64,000 bases of DNA from Alphaproteobacteria bacterium (GCA_965237415.1 CBDEFM010000002.1:2880001-2944000); one strand, 5' to 3'; positions 27,959 through 38,401 are shown, numbered from the stretch's first letter. Notes: generated by a model from the letters alone, not told the origin. Program-made: numbers and translations.

Positions 27959-30864
27959 TGGCGCGCCTGCCCGAGCCCGCCGGCCTCCTCCTCGACCGCA
28001 CGGAGCCGATCGCGTTCCGCTTCGAGGGCAACCAGTATCAGGGGTATCGCGGCGATACGGTGGCGAGCGCGCTGGCGGCGAACGACGTTTCGGTGCTCTC
28101 GCGCTCCTTCAAGTATCACCGCCCGCGCGGCATCCACTCGCTCTCAGGCCTCGATGCGAACACGCTGGTACAGGTGGGCCCTGCGCCCAACCGCTTCGCC
28201 GACCGCGAGCCGCTTTCGCCCGACCTGGAGGTCATGGGCCAGAACTACTGGGGGACGCTCCGGCACGACCGGCTGGCCGTGTTCGGCCTGCTGCACCGCT
28301 TCTTCCCCGTGGGCTTCTACTACAAGGCGTTCTACAAGCCGCGTTGGACTTGGCCGCTCTGGGCCAAGATGATCCGCAGGATCGCAGGCCTCGGCACTGT
28401 CGATACCAACACCCCGCACGGCTATTTCGACAAGCAGTATCTCTTCTGCGACGTGCTGGTGGTGGGCGGCGGCGCGACGGGGCTCGCGGCGGCAGCGCAG
28501 GCGGCGGCGGCCGGCGCCGACGTCGTGCTCGTGGACGAGAACGCAGCGCTCGGCGGCGGGCTTCTCTACGGCCGCCCCGACGCCGGCGGGATCCGCGCCG
28601 AAGAGGAGCGCGCCCGCCTCGTCGGCGCCGTGGAGGGCTCCGATCGCATCTCGGCGATGACCGAGACCGCGTGCCTCGGCTGGTACGCCGATAACTGGCT
28701 GCCGCTGGTGCGCGGCAACCGCCTCTACAAGCTCAGGGCCAAGGCGCTGGTGGTCGCCACCGGCTCACTCGAGCAGCCTCTGGTCTTCCGCAACAACGAC
28801 TTGCCCGGCGTCATGCTGAGCGGCGCGGCGCAGCGCCTGATCAAACTCTATGGTGTCAAGCCTGGCCGCCGCGCGGTGGTGGCAACAGTGAATGACGAGG
28901 GCTACGGCGCGGCCCTCGACCTCTTGGATGCAGGCGTCGAGGTGGCGGCGGTGGTGGACCTGCGTATGGACGCGCAGCGGAGCGCGCTCGGCGACACCCT
29001 CGCCGCGCGCAGAGTGCCGGTCCACGCCGGTGCCGCGCCGTGGGAGGCCGTGCCCCAGCGCAAGGGACCGCGGCTCGCCCGTGTGCGGGTCGCCCGGATC
29101 GAGGCAGACGGGGTCTGCGCGCCATCTGTCGACAGCTTCACCTGCGACCTCCTCGTCGTCTGCGGCGGCCATGCACCGGCGGCCGCGCTGCTGCGCCAGG
29201 CGGGGGCCACGTTCGCCCACGACAGTGCGCGCAACGCGACGGTCGTCGCGGACCTCCCGCCAGGCGTCTTCGCCGCGGGCGGGGTGGCCGGCATCGTCGG
29301 CCTCGATGCGGCGATGGCAGACGGCCACCGCGCCGGCTGGCAGGCAGCCAAGGCCGCCGGCCTCGACCCAGGGCCCGAGCCCGCCGCCCCTGCCGAAGAG
29401 GCGCCGGCAGGCACGGGCGCCGTGTGGCCGATCTTCCCGCACCCCGACCACAAGGCCTTCGTCGATCTCGATGAGGACGTGCAGGTTCACGATCTGGAGG
29501 ACGCGATCGCAGAGGGCTACGACCATGTGGAGCTGCTCAAGCGTTTCACCACCAACGGCATGGGGCCGTCGCAAGGCCGGCATTCGTCGCTGAATGCGGC
29601 GCGCGTGCTGGCGCGGGCGACGGCGCGGAGCGTCGACGAGACCGGCGTCACAACGATGCGCCAGCCCATCGTGCCGGTCACCATGGGTCACCTTGCGGGC
29701 CGCAGCTTCGAGCCGGTGCGCTATACGGCGATGCATTTCCGCCATCTGGAGGCCGGCGCCACCATGATGCCGGCGGGCCTCTGGCTCCGGCCCGAGTTCT
29801 ATGGCGACAAGGCGCGGCGGCAGGCGTTGATCCGCGAGGAGACCAAGAACGTTCGCGACAATGTGGGCATCGTCGATGTCTCCACCCTCGGCGGGCTCGA
29901 CGTGCGCGGGCCGGATGCGGCCGAGTTCATGAACCGCATGTACACCTTCGCCTACCTCAAGCAGCCGGTGGGCCGCTCGCGCTACGTGCTGATGACCGAC
30001 CTCGCCGGCGTGGTGGTGGATGACGGTGTCGCCTGCCGCCTGCACGAGGACCACTTCTACGTCACGGCGACGACCTCGGGCGTCGACAACGTTTACCGCG
30101 AGATGCTCTGGTACAATGCCCAGTGGCGGCTCAAGGTCGATGTGACCAACGTCACTGCAGCGCTCGCGGGCGTCAATATCGCAGGCCCCAACTGCCGCGC
30201 GGTGCTGGAGACGCTCTGCGACGATGTCGACATATCGCCCGAGGGGTTCCCCTATATGGGCGTGCGCGAGGGCCATGTCGCCGGCATCCCCGCGCTCTTT
30301 CTCCGGGTGGGCTTCGTGGGCGAGCTGGGTTACGAGCTGCACGTGCCGGCGAGCCAGGGCGAGGCGCTCTGGGATGCGCTGGTCGATGCGGGCAAGGAAC
30401 ACGGCATCCGGCCCTTCGGCGTCGAGGCGCAGCGGCTGCTCAGGCTGGAGAAGGGCCATATCATCATCGGTCAGGACACCGACGGCCTCACCACCCCCCA
30501 CGAGGCCGACATGGCCTGGGCGCTCGCCAAGAAGAAGCCCTTCCACGTCGGCATACGCTCGGTGCGGATGCAGGCCGCGAAGGGGCTCACCCGCAAGCTC
30601 GTCGGGTTCGAGATGCCGGGAGTCGGTGTCGAGCAGCCGAAGGAGTGCCATCTGGTGATCCGCGACGGCGAGATCACGGGGCGGGTCACCTCGATCGCCT
30701 ATTCGCCGAACCTGGACAAGGTTATCGGCCTCGCCTACGTCGCGCCCGATCAGAGCGAGCCTGGCCAGTCGATCGAGATCAGAGTGGATGGCGGGCGCAT
30801 GGTGAACGCCACGGTGGCCAAGCTCCCCTTCTTCGACCCGGACGGCGCGCGACAGGAGCTCTGA
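27955..30864 (+). CDS. soxA: Sarcosine oxidase alpha subunit family (MgdC-like)
   Basis: GDTVASAL, SRSFKYHRPRG, PVGFYYK, GMGPSQG, DVSTLG, LRLEKG and a GcvT-like C-terminus. Confidence 0.92.
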   Translation: MMARLPEPAGLLLDRTEPIAFRFEGNQYQGYRGDTVASALAANDVSVLSRSFKYHRPRGIHSLSGLDANTLVQVGPAPNRFADREPLSPDLEVMGQNYWGTLRHDRLAVFGLLHRFFPVGFYYKAFYKPRWTWPLWAKMIRRIAGLGTVDTNTPHGYFDKQYLFCDVLVVGGGATGLAAAAQAAAAGADVVLVDENAALGGGLLYGRPDAGGIRAEEERARLVGAVEGSDRISAMTETACLGWYADNWLPLVRGNRLYKLRAKALVVATGSLEQPLVFRNNDLPGVMLSGAAQRLIKLYGVKPGRRAVVATVNDEGYGAALDLLDAGVEVAAVVDLRMDAQRSALGDTLAARRVPVHAGAAPWEAVPQRKGPRLARVRVARIEADGVCAPSVDSFTCDLLVVCGGHAPAAALLRQAGATFAHDSARNATVVADLPPGVFAAGGVAGIVGLDAAMADGHRAGWQAAKAAGLDPGPEPAAPAEEAPAGTGAVWPIFPHPDHKAFVDLDEDVQVHDLEDAIAEGYDHVELLKRFTTNGMGPSQGRHSSLNAARVLARATARSVDETGVTTMRQPIVPVTMGHLAGRSFEPVRYTAMHFRHLEAGATMMPAGLWLRPEFYGDKARRQALIREETKNVRDNVGIVDVSTLGGLDVRGPDAAEFMNRMYTFAYLKQPVGRSRYVLMTDLAGVVVDDGVACRLHEDHFYVTATTSGVDNVYREMLWYNAQWRLKVDVTNVTAALAGVNIAGPNCRAVLETLCDDVDISPEGFPYMGVREGHVAGIPALFLRVGFVGELGYELHVPASQGEALWDALVDAGKEHGIRPFGVEAQRLLRLEKGHIIIGQDTDGLTTPHEADMAWALAKKKPFHVGIRSVRMQAAKGLTRKLVGFEMPGVGVEQPKECHLVIRDGEITGRVTSIAYSPNLDKVIGLAYVAPDQSEPGQSIEIRVDGGRMVNATVAKLPFFDPDGARQEL

Positions 30865-30866
30865 CG

Positions 30867-31664
30867 GTGACGACGCCCACGGAGCAGACCCGCCGTTCGC
30901 CCCTCTACCGCGCGCTCGCGACAGACGGCGCGCGCTTCGAGCCGCTGGGCGGCTACGCGGTGGCAAGAGACTTCGGGCGGGACGCCGCCGACGAGGCGAC
31001 CCAGGCGGCATCGCTAGGCCTTGCCGACCTCACTCCGTTCCCCCGCATCGGCTTCAAGGGCTGGAATACCGGTCCCTGGCTCGCCGGCGCCGGCGCCGCG
31101 ATGGGCGAGGCGAGCAACCGGGCCTATGCGCAGGCCGACGGCACCCGTATTGCACGGCTGGCGCCGGGCGAGGCGCTCGTGCTTACCGACCGCAGGGGCG
31201 GAGGTCCGCTGATCGAAACCCTCGATCGGGCCTGGAGCATGGCCGAGGCCGACGGCTGCTTCCGCGTGGCGCGAGACGAGACGAGCTGCTGGCTGCTGCT
31301 TACCGGCGCGCACGCGCCCTCCATGATGGCCAAGGTCTGCGCCGTCGACCTCAGGCCCCAGTCCTTCGCGCCCGGCTCCATTGCCCAGACCAACGTCGCC
31401 CGCCTCAACGTCATCGTGATCCGGGGCGACATCGGCCGAGTGCCGGCCTTCGACCTGATCACCGATCTCGCATCTGCGGTCTATCTCTGGGGTGCGCTGC
31501 TCGATGCGATGGCCGAGCACGACGGCGCCCCGGTCGGGCTTGCCGCGATCCGCTCCCTGCTGGATGGGGGCGAAGAGCAGACGCCGTCGGCGCCGGCCGA
31601 GTCGAGCGCGCCGGAAGCCGCGCCCCCTGCCGACTCCAGCGGGCAGGACGCCTCTAGCTCTTGA
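30867..31664 (+). CDS. soxG: Sarcosine oxidase gamma subunit family (MgdD-like)
   Basis: GTG 2 nt after the alpha-subunit stop; DLTPFPRIGFKG, AKVCAVDLR, SAVYLWGALLDAMAE. Confidence 0.85.
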   Translation: MTTPTEQTRRSPLYRALATDGARFEPLGGYAVARDFGRDAADEATQAASLGLADLTPFPRIGFKGWNTGPWLAGAGAAMGEASNRAYAQADGTRIARLAPGEALVLTDRRGGGPLIETLDRAWSMAEADGCFRVARDETSCWLLLTGAHAPSMMAKVCAVDLRPQSFAPGSIAQTNVARLNVIVIRGDIGRVPAFDLITDLASAVYLWGALLDAMAEHDGAPVGLAAIRSLLDGGEEQTPSAPAESSAPEAAPPADSSGQDASSS

Positions 31665-31839
31665 ACAGCGAATCCGCCTTGCTCAGATAGTCCGTCTTCG
31701 CCCGGATGGCGCCGCGCACTCTCTCCAGCTCTTCTTCAAGCTGTTCGGCGTAGGCGCTGAGCGCGTCCACCGACAAGTCATCGAGCACGCGCGGCGACCA
31801 CTCCTGCTCACGCGGGATACGGACCGCATCCTCGTTCAT
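31654..31839 (-). CDS. DUF1192 family small coiled-coil protein
   Basis: LDDLSVDALSAYAEQLEEELERVRGAIRAK...ADSLFKS; divergent from the quinone oxidoreductase. Confidence 0.8.
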   Translation of the reverse strand: MNEDAVRIPREQEWSPRVLDDLSVDALSAYAEQLEEELERVRGAIRAKTDYLSKADSLFKS

Positions 31840-31906
31840 CCCATTTCTCCTGCGCCGGCCGGGCCGGCTTGAGTATAGTCGCGCGCACAAACCGTTTGGA
31901 GGCGTC

Positions 31907-32914
31907 ATGGCGAAGCCGCCCACTGAAATGACCGTTATCGAGATCACGGAACCGGGCGGGCCCGAGGTTCTGCGCCCGGCGCAGCGGCCGGTGCCCGAGC
32001 CCGGCTTGGGCGAGGTGCTGATCGAGGTGACGGCGGCCGGAGTCAACCGGCCGGATACGATGCAGCGCCAAGGCCTCTATCCGCCGCCGCCCGGCGCCTC
32101 GGACATTCCGGGACTCGAGGTCTCGGGCCACGTGGTGGCGATCGGCCCCGGCGCGCACCGCTACGAGGCTGGTGCTGCGGTCTGCGCGCTGACCAACGGC
32201 GGCGGCTATGCCGACTATTGCGTCGCTCCGGAGACGCAGACGCTCCCGGTGCCGGCGGCGCTCTCGATTGCCGATGCCGCCGGCCTGCCCGAGACTTGCT
32301 TCACGGTATGGACCAATCTCTTCGAGCGCGCCCGGCTTCGGGCCGGCGAGCGGCTGCTCGTCCACGGCGGCAGCAGCGGCATAGGTACGACTGCGATCCA
32401 GATTGCCTCCGCGCTCGGCGTTCGCGTGTTTGCGACCGCCGGATCGCCGGAAAAATGCGCTGCGTGCGAGCGGCTCGGGGCCGAGCGGGCGATCGACTAT
32501 CGGAGCGAGGATTTTGTTAGCGTGGCGAAGGAGTTGACCGGGGGCGAGGGCGTCGATGTCGTGCTCGACATGGTGGGTGGCAGCTACGTGCAACGCAACC
32601 TCGCGACGCTCCGGCCTGAGGGCAGATTGGCCCAGATTGCCTTTCTCGAAGGGTCGAAATGCCAGATCGACCTCAATTCTCTGATGCGCAAGCGGCTTTC
32701 CATCGTCGGGTCGACGCTCAGGCCCCAGAGTGTGGAGAGCAAGGCCCGCATCGCGGCGTCGCTCGAGCAGAATGTCTGGCCGCTGGTCGAATCGGGGCTG
32801 GTCCGGCCCGTCATCGACTGCCGGCTCCCGCTCGAACAGGCGGCGGCGGCTCACGCGCGAATGGAAGACGGGCAGCACATCGGAAAGATCCTGCTGGAGC
32901 GCAACTCGCGGTAA
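31907..32914 (+). CDS. NAD(P)H-quinone oxidoreductase (PIG3/zeta-crystallin family)
   Basis: AAGVNRPD, YPPPPGASDIPGLE, HGGSSGIGT, GSTLRP, HIGKI. Confidence 0.92.
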   Translation: MAKPPTEMTVIEITEPGGPEVLRPAQRPVPEPGLGEVLIEVTAAGVNRPDTMQRQGLYPPPPGASDIPGLEVSGHVVAIGPGAHRYEAGAAVCALTNGGGYADYCVAPETQTLPVPAALSIADAAGLPETCFTVWTNLFERARLRAGERLLVHGGSSGIGTTAIQIASALGVRVFATAGSPEKCAACERLGAERAIDYRSEDFVSVAKELTGGEGVDVVLDMVGGSYVQRNLATLRPEGRLAQIAFLEGSKCQIDLNSLMRKRLSIVGSTLRPQSVESKARIAASLEQNVWPLVESGLVRPVIDCRLPLEQAAAAHARMEDGQHIGKILLERNSR

Positions 32915-33043
32915 AGATCAGTGCATTGCGGCTTTGCGCTCCCTACATCTAGGCGATATACCGACCGTTTCACATGCAGCCATGTGCGGGCCCGTCGGTT
33001 ACGGCTTGCCTGCGCACGGGCGGCAGGGGAAGGAACGAATAAG

Positions 33044-33805
33044 ATGGCCGAACTGCTGATGCCCAAGGCCACGGCCGTATGGCTGGTCGACAGCACCACC
33101 CTTACGTTCGATCAGATCGCGGCGTTCTGCGGCCTGCATCCGCTCGAGGTGCAGGGCATCGCCGATGGGGAGGTCGCGATCGGCATCCGCGGCCTCGATC
33201 CCATCGCCAACGGGCAGGTCAGCCGTGAGGAGATCCAGCGTTGCGAGCAGGATTCGTCGCTCAGGCTGGAAGCCATCGGCCCGGCTGTGGAGGTCCCGCA
33301 ACGCGCCCGGCGCGCCCGCTACACGCCGGTCAGCAAGCGGCAGGATCGGCCCAACGCCATCGCCTGGCTGCTCAAGAACTATGACGAGCTGAGCGACGCG
33401 CAGATCGGCAAGCTGCTCGGCACCACTAAGGCGACGATCACCGCGGTGCGCGAGCGAACGCACTGGAACACGCCCAACATCACGCCGCAGGACCCGATTC
33501 TGCTGGGTATCTGCAACGAGGCAGAGCTCCTCGATGCGGTGCGAAAAGCACGCGCCAAGGCCGAGCGGGCGGCGGCTCGGGACGAAAAGGCCGCCGCCGC
33601 GAAGGCTGCGGCTCGGGATGAAAAGGCAGCCGCCGCGAAGGCTGCGGCCGCAGCAGTCGAGGCGACGCCGGCACAGCCGGTCGAAGCCGCGCCACCGGCC
33701 GCCCCTGAAGCCGAGCCGGGCGATCCTGCCCCGGCCGATCCCGGCATGGCCGGCGAAGGCAGCGGATCGGCAGGCACGCTTCAGCCGGAAGCGGCCGAAA
33801 GCTAA
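33044..33805 (+). CDS. trcR: DUF1013 family / cell-cycle transcriptional regulator TrcR
   Basis: LMPKATAVWLVD, CGLHPLEV, RYTPVSKRQDRPNAIAWL, RTHWN. Confidence 0.9.
   Translation: MAELLMPKATAVWLVDSTTLTFDQIAAFCGLHPLEVQGIADGEVAIGIRGLDPIANGQVSREEIQRCEQDSSLRLEAIGPAVEVPQRARRARYTPVSKRQDRPNAIAWLLKNYDELSDAQIGKLLGTTKATITAVRERTHWNTPNITPQDPILLGICNEAELLDAVRKARAKAERAAARDEKAAAAKAAARDEKAAAAKAAAAAVEATPAQPVEAAPPAAPEAEPGDPAPADPGMAGEGSGSAGTLQPEAAES
33572..33643 (+). repeat. 36-bp in-frame tandem duplication in the trcR tail
   Basis: GCGGCTCGGGAYGAAAAGGCMGCCGCCGCGAAGGCT x2, encoding AARDEKAAAAKA x2. Confidence 0.85.
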
Positions 33806-33886
33806 CCGCCGGCGACGACGGCCGCGCTGCGCCGGCCGCGCCGCCGGTCGCGGCGGGCTTAATCATTCATTGGGGAAAGAACGGCC

Positions 33887-35005
33887 ATGCTGATCGGCGT
33901 TCCCAAGGAAACCACGATTCACGAATATCGCGTCGGCGTTCCGCCGGCAGGGGTGCGCGAGCTCGTGCAGCACGGCCACCGGGTCATGGTCGAACGGGAT
34001 GCCGGCACGGAGATCGGGCTCCTCGACGAGCACTACGAACGGGCGGGCGCCGTGGTGGTCGACGAGGTGGCTGAGATCTACGGCTCGGCGGAGATGATCG
34101 TGAAGGTGAAGGAGCCCCAGCCGGCGGAGTGCGCCATGCTGCGGGGCGATCAGGTGCTGTTCACCTATCTCCACCTCGCGGCCGACGCTGCCCAGACCAA
34201 CGCGCTAATCGATTCCGGCTGCATTGCCATCGCCTATGAGACCGTAACCGATGCGCGGGGCGGTCTGCCGCTTCTCGCGCCGATGAGCGAGGTCGCGGGC
34301 CGCATGTCGATCCAGGCCGGCGCCCATTGCCTCGAGAAGGAACAGGGTGGGCGCGGCGTCCTGCTCGGCGGAGTCCCCGGCGTGCCGCCCGCCGACGTGG
34401 CGATACTCGGCGGCGGCGTGGTGGGCACCCACGCGGCGCGCATGGCGGTGGGCATGGGGGCGAAGGTCACGATCATCGACCGTTCGATCCCGCGGCTCCG
34501 TCAGCTCGACGAGATTTTCGGGGCCAGCGCGACGACTCTCTACTCGACCGTCCTCGCCATCGAGGAGACGGTGCACAACGCCGACCTCGTGATCGGCGCA
34601 GTGCTCGTCGTCGGCGCCGCCGCGCCAAAGCTGGTGCGCCGCGACATGTTGGACGAGATGCGCCGCAACGCCGTCGTGGTCGATGTGGCGATCGACCAGG
34701 GAGGCTGCTTCGAGACCAGCCGGCCGACAACCCATGCCGAGCCCACCTACAAGGTGGCCAACGTCCTGCACTATTGCGTCACCAACATGCCGGGCGCCGT
34801 GGCCCGCACCTCGACCTTCGCGCTGAGCAATGCAACGCTGCCTTTCGTGCTCGCGCTCGCGGGGAACGGTTGGCGCCAGGCCATGCGCGGCGACCCGCAC
34901 CTGATGCACGGCCTCAATGTTTGCCGCGGGCGCGTCACCCACGAGGCGGTCGCGCTCGACCTCGGCCACGACTATCTCGCGCCGGATCAGGCGCTCGCCG
35001 CCTAG
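33887..35005 (+). CDS. ald: Alanine dehydrogenase
   Basis: [47 protein letters not shown]. Confidence 0.96.
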   Translation: MLIGVPKETTIHEYRVGVPPAGVRELVQHGHRVMVERDAGTEIGLLDEHYERAGAVVVDEVAEIYGSAEMIVKVKEPQPAECAMLRGDQVLFTYLHLAADAAQTNALIDSGCIAIAYETVTDARGGLPLLAPMSEVAGRMSIQAGAHCLEKEQGGRGVLLGGVPGVPPADVAILGGGVVGTHAARMAVGMGAKVTIIDRSIPRLRQLDEIFGASATTLYSTVLAIEETVHNADLVIGAVLVVGAAAPKLVRRDMLDEMRRNAVVVDVAIDQGGCFETSRPTTHAEPTYKVANVLHYCVTNMPGAVARTSTFALSNATLPFVLALAGNGWRQAMRGDPHLMHGLNVCRGRVTHEAVALDLGHDYLAPDQALAA

Positions 35006-35041
35006 CTGGCTCCACGAACCGACGAGAATCGGGGGACCACG

Positions 35042-36541
35042 ATGACTGCAACGCTCACTCACTGGATCAACGGCGCCGCCCAAGCCGGCGCGTCTGCGCG
35101 CTTCGGCGATGTCTACAACCCGGCTGCCGGCGAGGTGATCGCGCGCGTGCCCTTCGCCGCAGCGTCCGAGGTCGACAGCGCTGTGCGCGCCGCGGCGGAG
35201 GCGCAGCCCGCCTGGGCCGCCACGCCGCCGTCGCGCAGGGCGCGGGTGATCTTCGCCTTCAAGGAGCTGGTCGAGAGCCGCAAGGAAGAGCTGGCCAAGG
35301 TGGTAACACGCGAGCACGGCAAGGTGCTGTCGGACGCGATCGGCTCGGTGAGCCGCGGGCTCGAGGTGCTGGAGTTCGCGTGCGGTATCCCGCACCTGCT
35401 GCGGGGCGATTACACCGAGGCGGTGGGCACTGGCGTCGACAGTTTCTCGACCCGTGCGCCGCTCGGCGTGGTCGCCGGCATCACGCCCTTCAACTTCCCG
35501 GCCATGGTGCCGATGTGGATGTTCCCGGTGGCCATCGCCTGCGGCAACGCGTTCATCCTGAAGCCGTCGGAGAAGGATCCCTCGGCCTCGATGATGCTCG
35601 CCGAATGGTTGAAGGAGGCCGGCCTCCCCGACGGCGTGTTCAGCGTCGTCCACGGCGACAAGGAGGCGGTCGACGCAATCCTCATGCATCCGGGCATCGC
35701 AGCGGTGAGCTTCGTGGGCTCCACGCCCATCGCCGAATACGTCTACCAGACCGGCTGCGCCCACGGTAAGCGGGTGCAGGCGCTGGGTGGCGCCAAGAAC
35801 CACGCGGTCGTCATGCCGGATGCCGACCTCACGATGGCGAGCGACGCGCTCATCGGGGCGGCTTACGGCTCCGCCGGCGAGCGCTGCATGGCCGTCTCGG
35901 TCGCGGTCGCGGTCGGCGACAAGGTGGGCGACGCGCTGATCGAGGACCTGAAGCCCAAGATCGACAGCATCAAGGTCGGGCCCGGGACCGACGGCGAGGC
36001 CGACATGGGGCCGCTGGTGACGAAGGCGCACTACGACAAGGTCCGCAGCTATGTCGATATCGGCGTCGAGGAAGGCGCCGAGCTGGTGGTGGATGGCCGC
36101 GACCTCGCCCTCCAGGGCTACGAGAACGGCTATTTCATCGGCCCGTGCCTGTTCGACCGGGTGACGCCCGACATGCGCATCTACAAGGAGGAGATTTTTG
36201 GGCCGGTGCTCTCGGTGGTTCGCGCGCCCGACTACGGGACCGCAGTAAAGATGGTCAACGAGCACGAGTTCGGCAACGGGGTGGCTATCTTCACCCGCGA
36301 TGGCGACGCCGCGCGCGAGTTCGCGAACCAGGTCGAGATCGGCATGGTGGGCGTCAACGTGCCGATCCCCGTGCCGGTCGCCTACCACAGCTTCGGCGGC
36401 TGGAAGCGCTCGCTCTTCGGCGACCACGCCATGCACGGCATGGAGGGCGTGCGCTTCTACACCAAGCTCAAGACGGTGACCTCCCGCTGGCCGACCGGCA
36501 TCCGCTCGGGCGTCGACCTCTCCTTCCCCATGATGTCGTAA
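35042..36541 (+). CDS. mmsA: CoA-acylating (methyl)malonate-semialdehyde dehydrogenase
   Basis: ITPFNFPAMVPMWMFP, SFVGSTP, GGAKNH, GSAGERCMA, EEIFGPVL. Confidence 0.95.
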   Translation: MTATLTHWINGAAQAGASARFGDVYNPAAGEVIARVPFAAASEVDSAVRAAAEAQPAWAATPPSRRARVIFAFKELVESRKEELAKVVTREHGKVLSDAIGSVSRGLEVLEFACGIPHLLRGDYTEAVGTGVDSFSTRAPLGVVAGITPFNFPAMVPMWMFPVAIACGNAFILKPSEKDPSASMMLAEWLKEAGLPDGVFSVVHGDKEAVDAILMHPGIAAVSFVGSTPIAEYVYQTGCAHGKRVQALGGAKNHAVVMPDADLTMASDALIGAAYGSAGERCMAVSVAVAVGDKVGDALIEDLKPKIDSIKVGPGTDGEADMGPLVTKAHYDKVRSYVDIGVEEGAELVVDGRDLALQGYENGYFIGPCLFDRVTPDMRIYKEEIFGPVLSVVRAPDYGTAVKMVNEHEFGNGVAIFTRDGDAAREFANQVEIGMVGVNVPIPVPVAYHSFGGWKRSLFGDHAMHGMEGVRFYTKLKTVTSRWPTGIRSGVDLSFPMMS

Positions 36542-36564
36542 GCGGCCGTTTTCTCTGACGCACG

Positions 36565-36595
36565 GACCATGACATTGGTGAGAAATCCGGGCTAG
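36565..36595 (-). repeat. Dispersed repeat family 3, copy B
   Basis: Reverse complement CTAGCCCGGATTTCTCACCAATGTCATGGTC. Confidence 0.7.
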
Positions 36596-36622
36596 GCTGC
36601 CAGCCTTGGCGGCAGGGGAGTT

Positions 36623-37501
36623 GTGGCGATGGCGGTGGTGAAGGCCGGGCTCATACAGATGAGCCTCAAGGGCGACGTCGAGAGCGATTCGCCCGAGCAG
36701 ATCAGCGAGAAGATGATCGCAGCCCACCTGCCCCTCATCGAGCAGGCGGCGCAGGAAGGCGTGCAGGTGCTCGGCCTCCAGGAGCTCTTCAACCTGCCTT
36801 ACGTCGGCGCGGAGCAGGACAAGCGGTGGTACCGTGCCACCGAGCGGGTACCCGACGGGCCGACGATCCAGCGGATGCGGGCGGAGGCGGCGCGCCTCGG
36901 CATGGCGATGGTGGTGCCGGTCTATGAGGAAGCCCAGACCGGCGTCTACTACAACACCGCCGCCGTGATCGACGCGGACGGGCGCTACCTCGGCAAGTTC
37001 CGCAAGATCCACATCCCCCACGTCGTCGGCTTCTGCGAGAAGTTCTATTTCAAGCCCGGCGACATCGGCTATCCGGTGTTCGAGACCGCGTTCTGCAAGG
37101 TCGGCGTCTATATCTGCTACGACCGGCACTTCCCCGAAGGCTGGCGCGAGCTCGCCATGAACGGCGCCGAGGTGATCTTCAATCCCTCGGCCACCGTGCG
37201 GGGGCTCAGCGACCATCTCTGGACTCTGGAGCAGCCGGCGGCGGCGGTCGCGAACTGCGTCTACATCGGCGCCAACAACCGCGTCGGCATGGAGCCGCCG
37301 TGGAATAACGGCCACTTCTACGGCTCCAGCTATTTTTGCAATCCGCGCGGCGAGATTCTGGCGCAGGGCGGCGACCAGGATGATGAGTTGGTGGTCGCCG
37401 AGCTCGATCTCGCCATGATCGGCGAGGTGCGCGACGCGTGGAACTTCTATCGCGACCGCCGGCCCGACACCTACGGCGCCGTCGCGTCCTGGCAGGTCTG
37501 A
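36623..37501 (+). CDS. Nitrilase-superfamily C-N hydrolase (beta-ureidopropionase-like), paralog 1
   Basis: E-K-C triad: LQELF, FRKIHIP, YICYDRHFPEGWR; FYRDRRP. Confidence 0.9.
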   Translation: MAMAVVKAGLIQMSLKGDVESDSPEQISEKMIAAHLPLIEQAAQEGVQVLGLQELFNLPYVGAEQDKRWYRATERVPDGPTIQRMRAEAARLGMAMVVPVYEEAQTGVYYNTAAVIDADGRYLGKFRKIHIPHVVGFCEKFYFKPGDIGYPVFETAFCKVGVYICYDRHFPEGWRELAMNGAEVIFNPSATVRGLSDHLWTLEQPAAAVANCVYIGANNRVGMEPPWNNGHFYGSSYFCNPRGEILAQGGDQDDELVVAELDLAMIGEVRDAWNFYRDRRPDTYGAVASWQV

Positions 37502-37531
37502 GCGGGCGAGCGAGCGAGAGGAGGCCCGGCG

Positions 37532-38401
37532 ATGCGCAAGGTCAAGGCGGCCCTCATTCAGATGAACCTGAAGGGGGATCCGGCTACCGATTCCATCGAG
37601 ACGATCCGCGACAACATGATCGCGGCCCACATGCCGCAGATCGAGGAGGCGGCGCGGCAGGGCGTGCAGGTCTTGGGGCTGCAGGAGGTATTCAACGCGC
37701 CCTACTTCCCCGCCACCATCGACGACAGGTGGTTCGAATCCGCCGAGGCGGTGCCGGACGGGCCGACCACCCAGGCGATTTGCGCGGCGGCGAAGACGCA
37801 CGGCATGGTCATCGTCTCGCCGGTCTACGAGCGCGATCGCAGCGGCACGCTCTACAACTGCGCCGCGGTGATCGATGCGGACGGCAGCTACCTCGGCAAG
37901 TTCCGCAAGATTCACATCCCCAAGATCGATGGCTTCGACGAAAAGCACTATTTCGCCGACGGCGACCTGGGCTACCCGGTGTTCGACACCGCGGTCGGCA
38001 AAGTGGGGGTCTATATTTGCTACGACCGCCACTTCCCCGAAGGCTGGCGCGCGCTGGCGCTGAACGGTGCCGAGCTGGTGTTCAACCCGTCGGCGACCTT
38101 CCGGGGCGTGAGCGATCACATCTGGAACCTGGAGCAGGTGGGCGCAGCCATCGCAAACGGCATCTTCATCGGCACCAACAATCGGGTCGGCACCGAGCCC
38201 AGCCTCGGCAACCATGTGTTCTACGGCTCCAGCTACTTCTGCAACCCGCGCGGCGAGATCCTGGCGCAGGGTGGCGATCAGGACGACGAGCTGGTGGTCG
38301 CCGAGCTCGACCTCGACCAGATCCGCGAGGTCCGCGACACGTGGCAGTTCTTCCGCGACCGCCGGCCCGAGACCTACCAGCACTGCGCCCGGCAGCCGTG
38401 A
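37532..38401 (+). CDS. Nitrilase-superfamily C-N hydrolase (beta-ureidopropionase-like), paralog 2
   Basis: LQEVF, FRKIHIP, YICYDRHFPEGWR, FFRDRRP. Confidence 0.9.
   Translation: MRKVKAALIQMNLKGDPATDSIETIRDNMIAAHMPQIEEAARQGVQVLGLQEVFNAPYFPATIDDRWFESAEAVPDGPTTQAICAAAKTHGMVIVSPVYERDRSGTLYNCAAVIDADGSYLGKFRKIHIPKIDGFDEKHYFADGDLGYPVFDTAVGKVGVYICYDRHFPEGWRALALNGAELVFNPSATFRGVSDHIWNLEQVGAAIANGIFIGTNNRVGTEPSLGNHVFYGSSYFCNPRGEILAQGGDQDDELVVAELDLDQIREVRDTWQFFRDRRPETYQHCARQP

Noticed and set aside
28765-31011. 748-aa minus-strand ORF (likewise 5058-6938, 59265-61079)
   Set aside because: Antisense to well-supported genes, with low-information composition
34205-38383. 1392-aa minus-strand ORF
   Set aside because: Antisense shadow of ald, mmsA and two nitrilases; stop-poor because of high GC; no motifs
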